Source: Octopus vulgaris (Eukaryota). From it: DNA of 64,000 bases. Position 1 is the stretch's first letter. Every line of letters starts with the position of its first letter. Below, piece by piece: positions 1 through 13,401 of this stretch. The position numbers and the translations under genes are program-made. The DNA is taken from contig OX597836.1 of NCBI GenBank assembly GCA_951406725.2, positions 47,244,001 through 47,308,000 on the forward strand, given 5' to 3'. The notes beneath the pieces were generated by a model that saw nothing but the letters and a program-made list of their open reading frames with translations, made no database searches and was not told the DNA's origin.

Positions 1-37
1 AATAATAATAATAATAATAATAATAAACGATAAAAGT

Positions 38-338
38 CGCCCTTTTCAAGCCTAGTCAGGCTTATGGGCCCGGTTTCCCGGTTTCTGTGACGTATGTGTT
101 CCCCCCAGCTGGACGGGACGCCAGTCCATCGCAGCGTTACTCGAGAAACAGGAAGAGAGAGTGAGAGAAAGTTGGGGCGAAAGAGTACAACAGGGGTCGC
201 CACCAACCCCTGCCGGAGCCTCGTGGAGCTTTAAGATGTTTTCACTCAATAAATACACACAACGCCTGGTTTGGGAATCGAAGCCGCGATCCTCCGACCG
301 CCAGTCCGCTGCCCTAACCACTGGACCATTGCGCCTCC
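38..338 (-). mobile_element. tRNA-derived SINE, family C (minus-strand head GGAGGCGCAATGGTCCAGTGGTTAGGGCAGCGG), within (TAA)n
   Basis: tRNA-like A/B boxes on the minus strand; related copies at 3738-3932, 4900-5148, 22188-22340 and 25100-25260. Confidence 0.75.
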
Positions 339-339
339 A

Positions 340-399
<60 letters not shown>

Positions 400-431
400 A
401 AGAAGAAGAAGAAGAAGAAGAAGAAGAAGAA

Positions 432-541
432 GGCTAAGAAGGAATATATTCACAGACATGACAGAGTTGGAACCTACATACACTGGAAGCTATGTACCTA
501 AGGCACACAGAGCGTGAAAGCACGCTATAAAAATAAAACTA

Positions 542-545
<4 letters not shown>
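432..545 (+). mobile_element. Internally deleted 3' fragment of the R4/Dong-type LINE
   Basis: Matches 4216-4278 (AKKEYIHRHDRVGTYIHWKL) joined to the 3' terminus AAAATAAAACTACTG, followed by (AAT)n. Confidence 0.85.
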
Positions 546-593
<48 letters not shown>

Positions 594-638
594 TAAGTAA
601 ATGTCATGGGAACAAGAAATTATGTAACGAACCTCATT

Positions 639-720
639 AGCTTACAGCTGTTTCTGCTATAAAATGCAATGCACTTAAAGTTGAGTGCTTGTGTATCAGC
701 TTATAAGCTACGTCGGAGCT
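639..720 (-). ncRNA. Degenerate hammerhead-ribozyme-like motif (Penelope pLTR type) with long stem II
   Basis: Minus strand: agct-CCGACGT-[long hairpin]-GAAA-cagctg-TA-agct; palindromic stem III ACAGCTGT. Confidence 0.5.
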
Positions 721-1240
721 TTAAAAATGCAGTAAAATTTTATTTGGGAAAGTATTTATATAAGGGAAAGATTACCATCGGAAAAAGCAGAAAACATGTG
801 TAGGAAACGGGATTGAAGTGCGTCGGAAATAAGATTGAAATATACAGGAAATGAGATTGAAGAGTAACATGCAATTCCGAGGCAAATTTAAACCCAGATA
901 AATCTATGTGTATAGAGAGATTCACATAGGAAGATCTCATATGTAGACGATTATTTATAGACACACAAAATATACGCAGAATATGTAGGTTGGAAATGGA
1001 GAGAGGCAGGAAGGAATAGAATCCAAAATCTAGGAAGAGAGAGTCAGGATAATTTAGAGAGTCGTAAAACTGATCAACGTGAGGATTCTAGCCAATTCGA
1101 CCACTAACAGAACAAAAACAATGAGCAAGAAACACGTGACTGATAACAACATGTGTGTATAGAGATACAAAGCATGCAAATGAACAAAGATATACGTTTG
1201 TATATAGACATACACATTGACATAAACACCTACATAAATA

Positions 1241-1274
1241 GAGATAGATAGATAGATAGATAGATAGATGGATG

Positions 1275-1365
<91 letters not shown>

Positions 1366-1382
1366 GGATGGATGGATGGATG

Positions 1383-1437
<55 letters not shown>

Positions 1438-1482
1438 GGATGGATGGATGGATGGATGGATGGATGGATGGATGGATGGATG

Positions 1483-1569
<87 letters not shown>

Positions 1570-1570
1570 T
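1241..1570. repeat. Compound (GATA)n/(GATG)n microsatellite
   Basis: Direct sequence. Confidence 0.98.
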
Positions 1571-1834
1571 ACATACATTTATACATATATAAACAAAATA
1601 CACGCATACACACACGCACATACATGTATATATCCATACATGCATATGTATACATATAGTGAGTGAGTCTAAATGTTTGGATAACCATGTCGTTGCAATT
1701 GATAATCAGCCCATTTCGTTCGTTTAGATTTTGCTTGTGGCACAGTAAAATTTTAATTGCTTCCTGACTGCACAATTTTGTTTTGTTTTTGTGTTTTGTT
1801 TGTTTTTTGTTTTTTGTTTTTTGTGTGCGGATGG

Positions 1835-2140
1835 GTTATCACCAATGGAGAAGTTCTTAAGCAGATAAGGCCGAAAATGTCACTAGAAGCTAGGATCACC
1901 AAGCATAGATTGGCATATTTCGGTCATATTATGCGGAGAAAATCCCTGGAGAAGGACATCATGCTCGGAATGGTCAGTGGCAAGAGAGGAAGAGGCCGAC
2001 CAAGAACCCGCTGGCTTGACACCATCAAGAGTGATACCGGAATAAACATAGCCAGTCTGAAAGAAGCGGCCCAGGATAAAACTGACTGGAGGACACTGAT
2101 CCAACGAGTGACCGAGAGTCGACTTCGACTGAGCGGTTAG
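1835..2140 (+). mobile_element. RTE-clade LINE 3' fragment
   Basis: TNGEVL...RLAYFGHIMRRKSLEKDIMLGMVSGKRGRGRPRTRWLD...W, the typical RTE ORF C-terminus. Confidence 0.85.
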
Positions 2141-2275
2141 AAGAGAGATGGGGTTGCAAATTTCACTGTTTCATTGTAATGTGTTCTTATTCTTCCGTTG
2201 CCAGACGTACTCAGCCGCAGAAGCAGAGTGGCCAATTTAGGGTTTCTGAATAAATAAACATGCGTATAAAAACGC

Positions 2276-2630
2276 TTATTGAAATGATGGTTGCAGCCTC
2301 ACGTATTCCCAAGTAATTGCACTCGCAATTACTTGATACCTATAGACAGTGTTTCTAATCAAACAGTTTTCTTTCAAAGGACAATTAAGTCTACTTTTAC
2401 AACTACAGGTTTTCGTGTCATGCTTTCCTCTAGTAGTAATAATGGATGTATTTATATTTGACATATTGTCGGAGTTGCCTTCTGAAATATTTGTGAGTGA
2501 TATCAAAAGATTATTTTTGTTTGAGCAGCCAGTAGACTTGCCAACATTAGTTGGGTTCAAATGATTCTGCAGTGATAAGGGGTGAATTGATGACCTACGA
2601 TGCTGGAGATCAAGACCGGCAGCATTTAGA
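2276..2630 (-). mobile_element. Degraded Penelope-like element fragment (linker and start of GIY-YIG)
   Basis: CSCKSRLNCPLKENCLIRNTVY resembles the CxC..CPL...CL...VVY linker of the element at 11640-11720. Confidence 0.65.
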
Positions 2631-2635
2631 GGTTA

Positions 2636-3052
2636 GGCGCAGGAGTGGCTGTGTGGTAAGTAGCTTGTTTACCAACCACATGGTTCCGGGTTCAGTCCCA
2701 CTGCGTGGCACCTTGGGTAAGTGTCTTCTACTATAGCCTCAGGCCGACCAAAGCCTTGTGAGTGGATTTGGTAGACGGAAACTAAAAGAAGCCCGTCATA
2801 TATATGTGTGTGTGTGTGTGTGTGTATATATATTTGTGAGTCTGTGTTTGTTCCCCCAACATCGCTTGACAACCGATGCTGGTGTATTTACGTCCCGTAA
2901 CTTAGCGGTTCGGCAAAAGACCCCGATAGAATAAGTGCTAGCCTTACAAAGAATAAGTCCTGGGGTCGATTTGCTCGACTAAAGGCGGTGTTCCAGCATG
3001 GCCGCAGTCAAATGACTGAAACAAGTAAAAGAGTAAAAGAGTATAAGAGAGT
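2636..3052 (+). mobile_element. tRNA-derived SINE, family A (GGCGCAGGAGTGGCTGTGTGGTAAG head, internal (TA)n(TG)n, AAAAGAGT-repeat tail)
   Basis: Near-identical copies at 8367-8830, 9270-9670, 14639-15043, 32650-33084, 39961-40433, 52387-52775, 59292-59682 (+) and 23415-23815, 29967-30393, 43480-43860, 47111-47533, 48800-48948, 58490-59042, 60175-60700, 63711-64000 (-). Confidence 0.9.
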
Positions 3053-3479
3053 ATTGGGGGACATACTGATTATGTAATTTTTAGTTTAAACCTGTTAGTC
3101 CCAGTGCTAATACCAGCAACATTAGGAGTTAATAATGTGATGTGGTGGCAAGTTGGATTTAAGAGGGGAGAAGAAAATTTTAGGCGGACAAGTTCTGGCT
3201 TGGAGATTTTCTATTTCTATTTTTTCTGTTAGTGGTAGTAGTGTTACTACAAATAGAATTTCTTGTACCCAGGTGATACTTATTTTTACCTTTGAAATTA
3301 GGAAATTTAGAGCTAACGAAGTCCGTAGAAGATACTTTTGCGTGTCGAGGTGCAAAAAGTTTGTATTGATTTATCAACACTTTCTCGTCTGGAAATCATG
3401 TATAATTTTCTTGATAACCGCTTCTGCTATGAGTTATAATATCCGGTTATGTTAAAAAATATCATACAAACACACACAC

Positions 3480-3521
<42 letters not shown>

Positions 3522-3581
3522 TGACCACTAACTTCGAAAGTTTTTTTTTTATTCTCTGTAGCTGTTTATTTCCTCGTGTTC

Positions 3582-3617
3582 CTTTCTATTGAAGAGCGTA
3601 GGCTCGAAACGTAAAAG
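3582..3617 (+). ncRNA. Degenerate minimal hammerhead-like motif in a short Penelope-type terminal repeat
   Basis: cttt-CTATTGA-agagc gtag gctc-GAAA-cg-TA-aaag; stems I and II pair, the core is mutated. Confidence 0.55.
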
Positions 3618-3930
3618 ACTTTCTCACCTTTCCTAGCGTCAAACAAATACACCTGCTTGTTGTTTATACACCTGTCTTCCTCTTTTGTTTTTCTGTAAAT
3701 TTCAACTATACATATATATATATATTTTTTTTTTTCCAGTTTCAGCTCTTGAGCTGTGGCCATGCTGGGGCACCGCCATTGTGGTGAAAGAGTACAGCAG
3801 GGATCACCACCCCTGCCGGAGCCTTGTAGAGATATTAGGTGTTTTCGCTCAATAAACACACACAACGCCCGGTCTGAGAATCGAAACCGCGATCCTGCGA
3901 CCGCGAGTCTGCTGCCCTAACCACTAGGCC

Positions 3931-3983
<53 letters not shown>

Positions 3984-3986
<3 letters not shown>

Positions 3987-4817
3987 GCACTAAACTAAAC
4001 GCAAAAGAAATAGACAAAGAAAAATCCCAGCAATGGTTGAGAAGCTCAGGACTCAAAGCAGAAACAGAGGGATTTTTAATTGCAGCACAAGACCAAAGCC
4101 TCCCCACCAGAAATTACCAAAAACATGTAATGAAAAGAAATATTACAAGCAACTGCAGAATATGTGGAGATGGACAAGAAACAATAAATCATATTATCTC
4201 TAGCTGCCCAGTCCTGGCTAAGAAGGAATATATTCACAGACATGACAGAGTTGGAACCTACATACATTGGAAGCTATGCCAACATTATGGAATAACAACG
4301 GAAAAAAGATGGTATAGGCACACACCAGAAAAGGTCACAGAAAACGAGAAAGCAACCATACTCTGGGATATGCCGATACACACAGATAGAGAAATTAAGG
4401 CCAACAGACCAGATATAGTTGTCAGAGATCATGAAGAAAAAAAATGCTTTCTAATTGATGTATCAATACCGGCAGATGACAACGTGTCTCTAAAAGAAAT
4501 GGAGAAACTCTCAAAATACAAAGACCTGGAAATAGAGGTAACTAGAATGTGGAATCTGAAAACAGAAACAATTCCTATCATAGTAGGTGCATTAGGAATG
4601 ATAAAAAAATATTCAGACAAATACATAACAAAAACACCAGGACTTACAAACACATATAACATACAGAAAATTGCACTACTAGGCACTGCACACATCCTAC
4701 GCAGAACACTTTCCATACAATAACCATCAGAGCATCACAACAAATCACAGCACATACCCAAAACACACAGAGCTGCGCTCGGTAGTGAAGTGAAAGCACG
4801 CTATAAAAATAAAACTA

Positions 4818-4820
<3 letters not shown>
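3984..4820 (+). mobile_element. 5'-truncated R4/Dong-clade non-LTR retrotransposon (CCHC zinc knuckle + restriction-like endonuclease) inserted in (TAA)n
   Basis: ORF 4037-4723: CRICGDGQETINHIISSC, RHD, RPDIVV...LIDVSIP...EKLSKY; (TAA)n on both sides. Confidence 0.92.
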
Positions 4821-4902
<82 letters not shown>

Positions 4903-5145
4903 GCGCCCTTTTAAAGCCTAACCAGGCTCATGGGCCCGGATTCCCGGTTTCTATGGCTTATGTGTTCCCCAGCTGGACGGGATGCCAGTCCAGCGCAGCG
5001 TTACTCATTTTTGCCAGCTGAGTGGACTGGAGCAAAGTGAAATGAAGTGTTTTGCTCAAGAACACAACGCGTCGACCGGTCCAGGAATCGAAACCACAAT
5101 CTTACGATCATGGTGCTAACACCCTAACCACTAAGCCACGCCCCT

Positions 5146-5187
<42 letters not shown>

Positions 5188-5192
5188 CACAT

Positions 5193-5384
5193 ATATTTCT
5201 TTATTACCCACAAGGGTCTAAACACAGAGGGGACAAACAAGGACAGACAAATGAATTAAGTCGATTATATCGACCCCAGTGCGTAACTGGTACTTAATTT
5301 ATCGACCCCGAAAGGATCAAAGGCAAAGTCGACCTCGGCGGAATTCGAACTCAGAACGTAACGGCAGACGAAATACAGCTACGC

Positions 5385-5452
<68 letters not shown>

Positions 5453-5685
5453 GTATATATATACACAGTAATATTCTACTCTAGGCATAAGGCCCCAAAT
5501 TTTTTTGGGTGGGGGGCAGCCGATTAGATCGACACCAGAACTCAACTGGTACTTAATTTATCGACCCCGAAAGGATGAAAGGCAAAGTCGACCTCCGCAG
5601 AATTTGGACGCAGAGCGCAAAGACGGGCGAAATACAGCTAAGCATTTCGCCCGGCGTGCTAGCGTTTCTGCCAGCTCGCCGCCTC
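5193..5685 (-). mobile_element. Two SINE family B copies (head AAGGCGGCGAGCTGGCAGAAACGTTAGCACGCCGGGCG)
   Basis: Same family at 7685-7990, 30618-30843, 39396-39640 (+); 17290-17500, 40958-41190, 44483-44705 (-); degraded copies at 51780-53200. Confidence 0.85.
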
Positions 5686-5898
5686 ATTATATACAGTATA
5701 TTGTAATGTTTTTTTTTTATATATTAATATAAAATAAGCTTTTTCGTCTAACAAGACGTTTATTTCAAAGAATGAACTATAAGATAACTTGCTAAAACTT
5801 TGCAGTTTTCAGTTAAAATACGGTGACAGTCTTCATGCAAATACCGACAAATATGCGTTCACGTGCGTGTGTATATATGCATGTATAGAAAGTAATGG

Positions 5899-6312
5899 GG
5901 ATCTTTTCGGTTTGAACGGCAGTTTTTTTCTAGCGGTGTCATATGAAATTGTCACCCATAATTATGACCCTAGTATCGATCTATTGCATTTCAATCTGTT
6001 TTAGGGTTAGGGTTAGGGGGAAGGGTATCTTTTTTTCTTCACAAATGTAAACAAACCCAATCTATTTCTTAAACGAGGGACATATTCATACGGCACAGAA
6101 TGTTTTTTACCTCAATAGACGTCAGTGATTGGTTGAAATTGCAGAAAATGAAGAAGAAAAAAACAACAAATATCTTACAAACTATAGAATTTTCTCAATA
6201 AAGCCAAGAGAAAAAGATGTTTTATAAACACATTCAACCAGTATACGAAGTTTAAATTTTTTTAGTTACCTAGAAATTATGTTAAAAACTGCCGTTCAAA
6301 CCGAAAAGATCC
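5899..6312 (+). mobile_element. Merlin-like MITE with an internal (TTAGGG) tract
   Basis: TIR GGATCTTTTCGGTTTGAACGGCAGTTTTT / AAAAACTGCCGTTCAAACCGAAAAGATCC; 8-bp TSD AGTAATGG. Confidence 0.85.
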
Positions 6313-6614
6313 AGTAATGGAAAGAGGCAGTTCCTCGGAATTATCTTTGAATAATGGAGATGAGCTGACATTTTATAATTCTTTCCTTTGTCCGTTGCTG
6401 CAGAATCGCCATTTACTCGTGAAATGTTTCATGTACTTGCACATTATCGCTGCTACTATTACAAGAATTTCTTATGCGGATGTTGGTTATGGCTTTTTTG
6501 TTCTGTTATTAATCTTTATAAACATTTGAGTCTTAGCAGTTTTGTAGCATTATCTTTGTACTTCTAGAAGTGAAGATTTTTCTTTCTTTCTTTTTTTTCA
6601 GGTAATCATTTACC

Positions 6615-7036
6615 GGATCTTTTCGGTTTGAAGGGCAGTTTTTTAAAATAATTTCCACGTAACTAAATACTTTTAAACTTCGTATACTGGTAGAATATGT
6701 TTATAAAAAATCTTTATCTCTTGGCTTTATTGAGAAAATTCTATAGTTTGAAAGATATTTCTTGTGTTTTTTCTTCAATTTCTGCAATTTCAACCAATCA
6801 CTGACGTCTATTGATGTAAAAAAACATTCTGTGCTGTATGAATATGTCCCTCGTTTAAGAAACAGATTGGGTTTGCTTACATTTGTGAAGAAAAAAAGAT
6901 ACCCTTCCCCCTAACCCTAACTAACCCTAACCCTAAAACAGTGAAATGCAATAGATCGATACTAGGGTCATAATTATGGGTGACAATTTCATATGACACC
7001 GCTAGAAAAAAACTGCCGTTCAAACCGAAAAGATCC
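6615..7036 (-). mobile_element. Merlin-like MITE, same family, opposite orientation
   Basis: Same TIRs; 8-bp TSD CATTTACC (6607-6614 and 7037-7044). Confidence 0.85.
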
Positions 7037-8549
7037 CATTTACCCTCTACGATATTTTTTGCTATAGAGGACAAATTATGTGTCTAAAGTCTTTGTGAGT
7101 GTAAAATTAAGATGGTTTTTTTTCCCCACCCAAGAAATCAGTCTGTTGTTGTTTCGGTCGCTTTCTGTAGGTCACAAAAGATTCTTATATCAATAAGAAT
7201 CTATTATGAAAATCTATCAAATATTTCCCCCAGATATTTCAATCTGATATTAATTCCTAGTATCTTTCAGTTGTCTGTAGAGTTTGGGTTACATTCCACC
7301 CCCTTACGCGATTGTGATGCTCATAATCGGGTTCCTCTTTTACTTTTGCACCGCATTTATTTCAATAATAGTTTGTTTTGCTTTTTTTGTTTTTCTTTTG
7401 TTTTCATTTTTTTTCTTTTTTTTTGTAGCTCGATCTTGATAAGGTGTTTTGGGATTGGAACTAACGTTTATCGAAAGAATCATTGTGATTTTACATAACG
7501 ACAGTTTCTTTGAGATTTGGCTCGGCCATCTTGCTTCATGAGTTTCTTGATTTCGGTTCAGTTACTTCTTTTGTCGATATATTTCTATGATATTCCTTTC
7601 ATTTTCTTCATTCTTTCGGAATTCGTTTCTTCTGCTTACTGATTTCTTTAAGGTTTGAGATATATTTTCTTTTATTTGAATCTGAAGGCGGCGAGATGGC
7701 AGAATCGTTAGCACGCCGGGCGAAATGTTTAGCGGTATTTCGTTTGTCTTTACGATCTGAGTTCAAATTCCGCCGAGGTCGACTTTGCCTTTCATCCTTT
7801 CGGGGTCGATTAAATAAGTACCAGTTACGCACTGGGGTCGATGTAATCGACTTAATCCGTTTGTCTGTCCTTGTTTGTCCTCTCTGTGTTTAGCCCCTTG
7901 TGGGTAGTAAAGAAATAGGTATTTCGACTGGTTTCGCGTTCCGAGTTCAAATTCCACCGAGGTACCCTTTGCCTTTCATCCTTTCAAGCTGAATAAAATA
8001 AGTACTAGTCGAACAGTGATGTCGATATTATTGATTTATCCTCTCCCCCGAAATTCATCTTCTGCTAAAATTTTAAATCAATATTTTTAACATTAATAAT
8101 TTTACTCGCGTTCTTTGTGTTTTCTTTACGAATTCTTTCATTCAGACCAGCTATTTTTGTCACATATTTGGTTATAAATTGTCTCTTTTTAAATTAGTGA
8201 ATAAGAAAACGATATGGATGACTTTCCAGGACTTGTTTAGTATTTTATCAACTACTGAGGAATGAAATGTGAAGCTCAACTCGCAGGAATTTTAGTACAC
8301 AATAAGGTTAAGTGTTTAATTCGAAACTTAACTGTACGGCACTGTACCCACTTTATATATAACCTAGGCGCAGGAGTGGCTGTGTGGTAAGTAGCTTGCT
8401 AACTAACCACATGGTTCCGGGTTCAGTCCCACTGCGTGGCATCTTGGGCAAGTGTCTTCTACTATAGCCCCGGGTCGACCAAAGCCTTGTGAGTGGATTT
8501 GGTAGACGGAAACTGAAAGAAACCTGTCGTATATATGTATATATATATG

Positions 8550-8635
<86 letters not shown>

Positions 8636-9679
8636 TCCCCCTAGCATTGCTTGACAACCGATGCTGGTGTGCTTACGTCCCCGTAACTTAGCGGTTCGGC
8701 AAAAGAGACCGATAGAATAAGTACTGGGCTTACAAAGAATAAGTCCCGGGGTCGATTTGCTCGACTAAAGGCGGTGCTCCAGCATGGCCGCAGTTAAATG
8801 ACTGAAACACGTAAAAGATAAAAGAGATATAAGAGAACCGCAGACCTGGCCGTGTGGTTAAGATGTTCGCTTAAAACAGCATGGTTTCTGGTTCGAACTC
8901 ACTGTGAGGCACCTTGGGCATATGCCTTCTACTATAACTAAGGGTCAACCAAAGCCTTGTATTCCTATTTGGTAAAGGTAGGTTTAATGTGTTAAACTGT
9001 CCTTTTAGGGTTGATAAACTGTGCCCTCAGGGGAATATTGTTTGTTTCAAGCAAGCATTCTGGTTTAAAGATAACTTATTCCTTTACTAAAACCAGTCTT
9101 GAGATTCCTAAAAGTATCGCTGGCGCCGTACTTCTCACTAAAAACGAACAAAAACTACTTATAAGTCGGGTAGGAATTCACCTGTCATTCGCCATCCAGT
9201 GGTGGTTATCATTGAAAACTTTGAAAAAGAACAATCACATACACAAAATAATTTTAAAGAAGAATTTTAGGCGCAGGAGTGGCTGCGTGGTAAGTAGCTT
9301 GTTTACCAACCACATGGTTCCGGGTTCAGTCCCACTGCGTGGCACCTTGGGCAAGTGTCTTCTGCTATAGTCCCGGGCCGACCAATGCCTTGTGAGTGGA
9401 TTTGGTAGACGGAAACTGAAAGAATCCCGTCGTACATATATATATATGCGTGTGTGTGTTTGTGTGTCTGTGTTTGTCCCCCTAGCATTGCTTGACAACC
9501 GATGCTGGTGTGTTTATGTCCCCGTTACTTAGCGTTTCGGCAAAAGAGACCGATAGAATAAGTACTGGGCTTACAAAGAATAAGTCCCGGGGTCGAGTTG
9601 CTCGATTAAAGGCGGTGCTCCAGCATGGCCGCAGTCAAATGACTGAAACAAGTAAAAGAGTAAAAGAGTAATTAATATC

Positions 9680-10010
9680 AACGAGTAATGTTTACCTTGT
9701 GACTAGGAGATGGGTACAATATGGGTGGAGAAGGAGTTACGGGTGAGTCAGAGTTACCTGATGGAGGTTGCACGAGACCATCCATCTCTGAAGATCGGAA
9801 GCCACAGTAACGGTGGTATAACAGGTATAGGAAGAACACAGCATGTCTATTGACCAGAAGTTGCAGTGTGTTGGTGAGAGACTTCTTTGGGTGCAGTCTA
9901 CGATATTTGTATAGTATGGTTCCAGATGTGGGAATCAGTGTGTGTCTCGCTTGAGCTTTCTAGAGAATTAGTTGTACAGTTAGTAAGCTCTATCAACTCC
10001 TAAATTATAT
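9680..10010 (-). mobile_element. Highly degraded CR1/Jockey-like LINE 3' fragment
   Basis: Weak resemblance of the minus-strand translation to an RT C-terminus (KAQ.R...HIW; R..V..LYL.YH.YCG). Confidence 0.35.
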
Positions 10011-10012
10011 AT

Positions 10013-10275
10013 ACTCTTTTTACTCTTTTACTCTTTTACCCTTTTACTTGTTTCAGTCATTTGACTGCGGCCATGCTGGAGCACCGCCTTTAGTCGAGCA
10101 ACTCGACTCCGGGACTTATTCTTTTGTAAGCCCAGTACTTATTCTATCAGTCTCTTTTGCCAAACCTCTAAGTAACGGGGACATAAACACACCAGCATCG
10201 TTTGTCAAGCAATTCAAGGGGGACAAACACAGACACACAAACACACACACGCATATATATATATATATATATATA
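10013..10275 (-). mobile_element. 3' half of a family A SINE split by the Penelope element
   Basis: The matching 5' half lies at 13340-13565; the split falls in the internal (TA)n. Confidence 0.85.
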
Positions 10276-13200
10276 TAAGACAAGGAACTTATATATAAGA
10301 CAAGGAACTTATATGCACTTATATGCACTTGATAAGGACGTTTATAAGCGCCTGATTTCGAATAGTGTCACAGACACATACAAAAAAGACAACACGAATA
10401 TATACAAAGAGGTGAACTTAGAAGCAAGAGGAATAGCTAACGATCTTAAGATTAGCGATAGGATTGAATATCTTTCACCACGACCAGCTTTTATTACTCT
10501 GAAAGACCATAAAGCCAATTTTAGTAGAAACTCCAAATGTAGATTGATAAATCCGGCTAAAACTGAGATAGGAATTATTAGCAAAAATATTTTGGACCGT
10601 ATTTTAGTTAAGTTAAATAGTGAAGTAGACTTGAGAATTTGGAAGAATAGTAAGTCAGTCATAGAGTGGTTTAAAGGTATTAGCTATAAGAATAATTGTA
10701 GTTTCACACAATTCGACATTATTGACTTTTACCCGTCAATATCTAGGACGTTGCTCCTAAGGGCATTGGACTTCGCCAAGCAATATGTCAACATCGATAG
10801 CTCGGAAATTGATATTATTATGCATGCGAGGAAATCGCTTCTTTTTTTTCGAGGATTCCACCAGGATTAAGAAGACTGAGGATTCTCTTTTCGATGTACC
10901 GATGGGGGCATACGACGGGGCTGAGTTATGTATGCTCATAGGAGCCTTTATTCTCCATAATCTAAAAATAGAATTCCCTTTTATAGATGCAGGTTTATAT
11001 AGGGATGACGGCCTTATAGCCACGCATAATCTAAACGGCCATGAATCAGATAGACTTAGGAAGGACCTCATAGCTTTCTTTCAAAGGATGGGCTTACGGG
11101 TTACGATAGATGCTAACCTGAATAGTGTAGATTTTTTAGACGTAAATTTTAATGTAAGATCGGATAGATTTAAACCTTTCCGTAAGCCCAATGAAAAGCT
11201 ATCGTATATTAACAAAGATTCGAACCATCCACCAGTTATCCTTAGGAACTTAGTCAGCAATGTAGGTAGAAGAATATCTTCAATTTCTTCGGACGAGGCA
11301 GCATTCCATAATGCTGCACCTTATTACGATAGCGCATTAAAGAATAGTGGATTCTCGGAGAAGATCCAGTTCAACCAGCTTAATGCTGATAATAATGCTG
11401 CACGAAGAACTAGGACCAGGACAGTTTTGTGGTTCAACCCGGCTTTCAATTTGGCCATAAAGACTAATATAGGTAAGGAATTTTTGTGATTAGTCTCTAA
11501 GCATTTTAAGCAGGGTCATAAATTCTATAGGATTTTTAATAGAAGAACCCTGAAGGTTAGCTATTCTTGTTGCAGAAATTTCGCCTCTTACATTAGCCAA
11601 CATAATTGGAAGCTAATTGAGATTAGAATGGTGCCGAGCCCATTAAGAAATGCAATTTCAAAAACGAAAGCTCCTGTCCGTTAGAAGGGAAATGTCTAGT
11701 GAAAGGAGTAGTTTATAGAGCCAAGGTGCAAGTCGAAGGCTCATCAGAATACAAGACATACACAGGGGCTTCAGAAAATTCATTTAAAACAAGATTTTAT
11801 TCTCATAAAAATTCATTTAAATACCCAGAGAATAGGAAGAGGACCAGCCTAGCAAAATATGTCTGGGAACTAAAAGAAAAGGAAGCCCCACCTTTCAACG
11901 TGACATGGAGCATTCTGGACAGGGCGGCACCATACAGGCATGGAGCATACAAAAATAATTTCAAGTGCAAACTTTGTCTATTAGAAAATATGTACATCTT
12001 ATTCAAAGACAATAATTCTTTGAATCAAAGAAGTGAGCTAATGAACTTATGTAGGCACGCGGCTAAATTTAAAATGTCGAATATAAATATACCATATGGA
12101 TAGAGTATATATTTTGTATTTTTGATTTTTGAAATTTTGATTTTGACTCTTGAACGATGAGCGCTACGATGGATTTTGTTTCCAAACTATGCGGATCTTA
12201 ATCCGTATAGCAAAGTCTTATGTTTCTACATATACATCAGGAAAAACCTTCGACCCTGTTTTCAGGTTATTGTATTGTATAGGATTACCTTGATTATTTA
12301 TATTACCTTGATTATTTATAAATGATCCAAAATAGGGTGTTATATTTTATTTTATATGTCTTTCGTATATATTTTTATTAATGCACCCATTCTTTTAAAA
12401 AAAAGCAATGTTTTTTTAAAAAAAGCAATGTTGTCAAAATTAGAATGTTGATGTAAGTATGTGTATAGCCGAGGATATGTATTTGTAAGCATGCGTATCT
12501 GTGTATGTGTAAGTGAGAGTATGTTTGTGCTTAAGCACACATATACACGACTGTATGTGTATGTATCCATTCGAACTTGTTTGTATACTTGTCTCCATAT
12601 ATGCCAATAATGCCGTTACACAGATTGTATACATAATTTTTTCTTATTTCGTTTTTTCCCCACCCCTCCTTCGTTCCTTTTTCTCTCTCTTCCTTTCTTT
12701 CGTCCCCCCCCCCTTACTCAGTATATGAGAATCGCTACATACATGATTTTTAACTTGCGTGCGAGATGGTTTGCGTGAATATATGTACACATGCATTTAT
12801 GTGTATATTTAGATCTATATTCATACGTCTGTATATGTATGGCGTTGGCGCGCATCCTTTTGTGTTTGTTGATATATATATATGCACATTTTAATAAAAA
12901 TATGTATTGCAGTGTAATATTTATAACAGGTTTAATTCCTATGAATTAATTTATACTTTCTTCATTAACGTCAATATGTATTTTATTCAATGTAAGGTTT
13001 TTTCCTCGGATTTTATAATTTTTTATAAGTTTTTTTTTTATATATATATACATATATTTTTGACCTTTTTGTTTATCGCTCGAAGATTGACCGTTTTTTT
13101 CTAAAGGGCCAATCAAACAAGTCCATTTCTTTTTAAAGGTGTAGCGTTTGTAAGAGTCTAGATTGAATTGATATATCGGTTCCATTCTAGCAAAAACTGT

Positions 13201-13336
13201 CTGATGAACGGCAACGAGAAACTCAGAGTAACAGATTTTGTTGAATTTTCTGCTGCTTAAAATAAAGCATATTACTCTACCACTGGTATTTGAGTACTCT
13301 TTTTTCCACCTTGTTTCACATTTATGTGTTTACTCC

Positions 13337-13340
<4 letters not shown>
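10276..13340 (+). mobile_element. 5'-truncated Penelope-like retroelement: RT + C-terminal GIY-YIG endonuclease, long 3' UTR, hammerhead-containing terminal repeat; disrupted
   Basis: FDIIDFYPSI, PMGAYDGAELC, YRDDGL, FLDV, WFNP, GVVYRA...YTG...FKTRFYSH, CKLCLLE...RSEL...CRH; frameshifts near 10850 and 11620, TGA at 11487. Confidence 0.92.
13193..13240 (+). ncRNA. Minimal type I hammerhead ribozyme in the Penelope 3' terminal repeat
   Basis: ctgt-CTGATGA(13201-13207)-acggcaacga-GAAA(13218-13221)-ctcagag-TA-acag; canonical core, near-palindromic stem III, GUA cleavage triplet. Confidence 0.75.

Positions 13341-13401
<61 letters not shown>

Noticed and set aside
52-1645. Poly-L/I/R/N/K and SIYL-repeat ORFs
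   Set aside because: Translations of microsatellites; the same applies to the YI/HT/CV/RE-repeat ORFs throughout the window.
6000-6020. TTAGGG repeats as a telomere or chromosome-fusion scar
   Set aside because: Only a few units, always internal to the MITE family.
11487-11489. In-frame TGA in the Penelope ORF as a possible selenocysteine codon
   Set aside because: Not at a cysteine-type position, the copy has other frameshifts, and no SECIS was recognised; a simple nonsense mutation (e.g. CGA to TGA) suffices.
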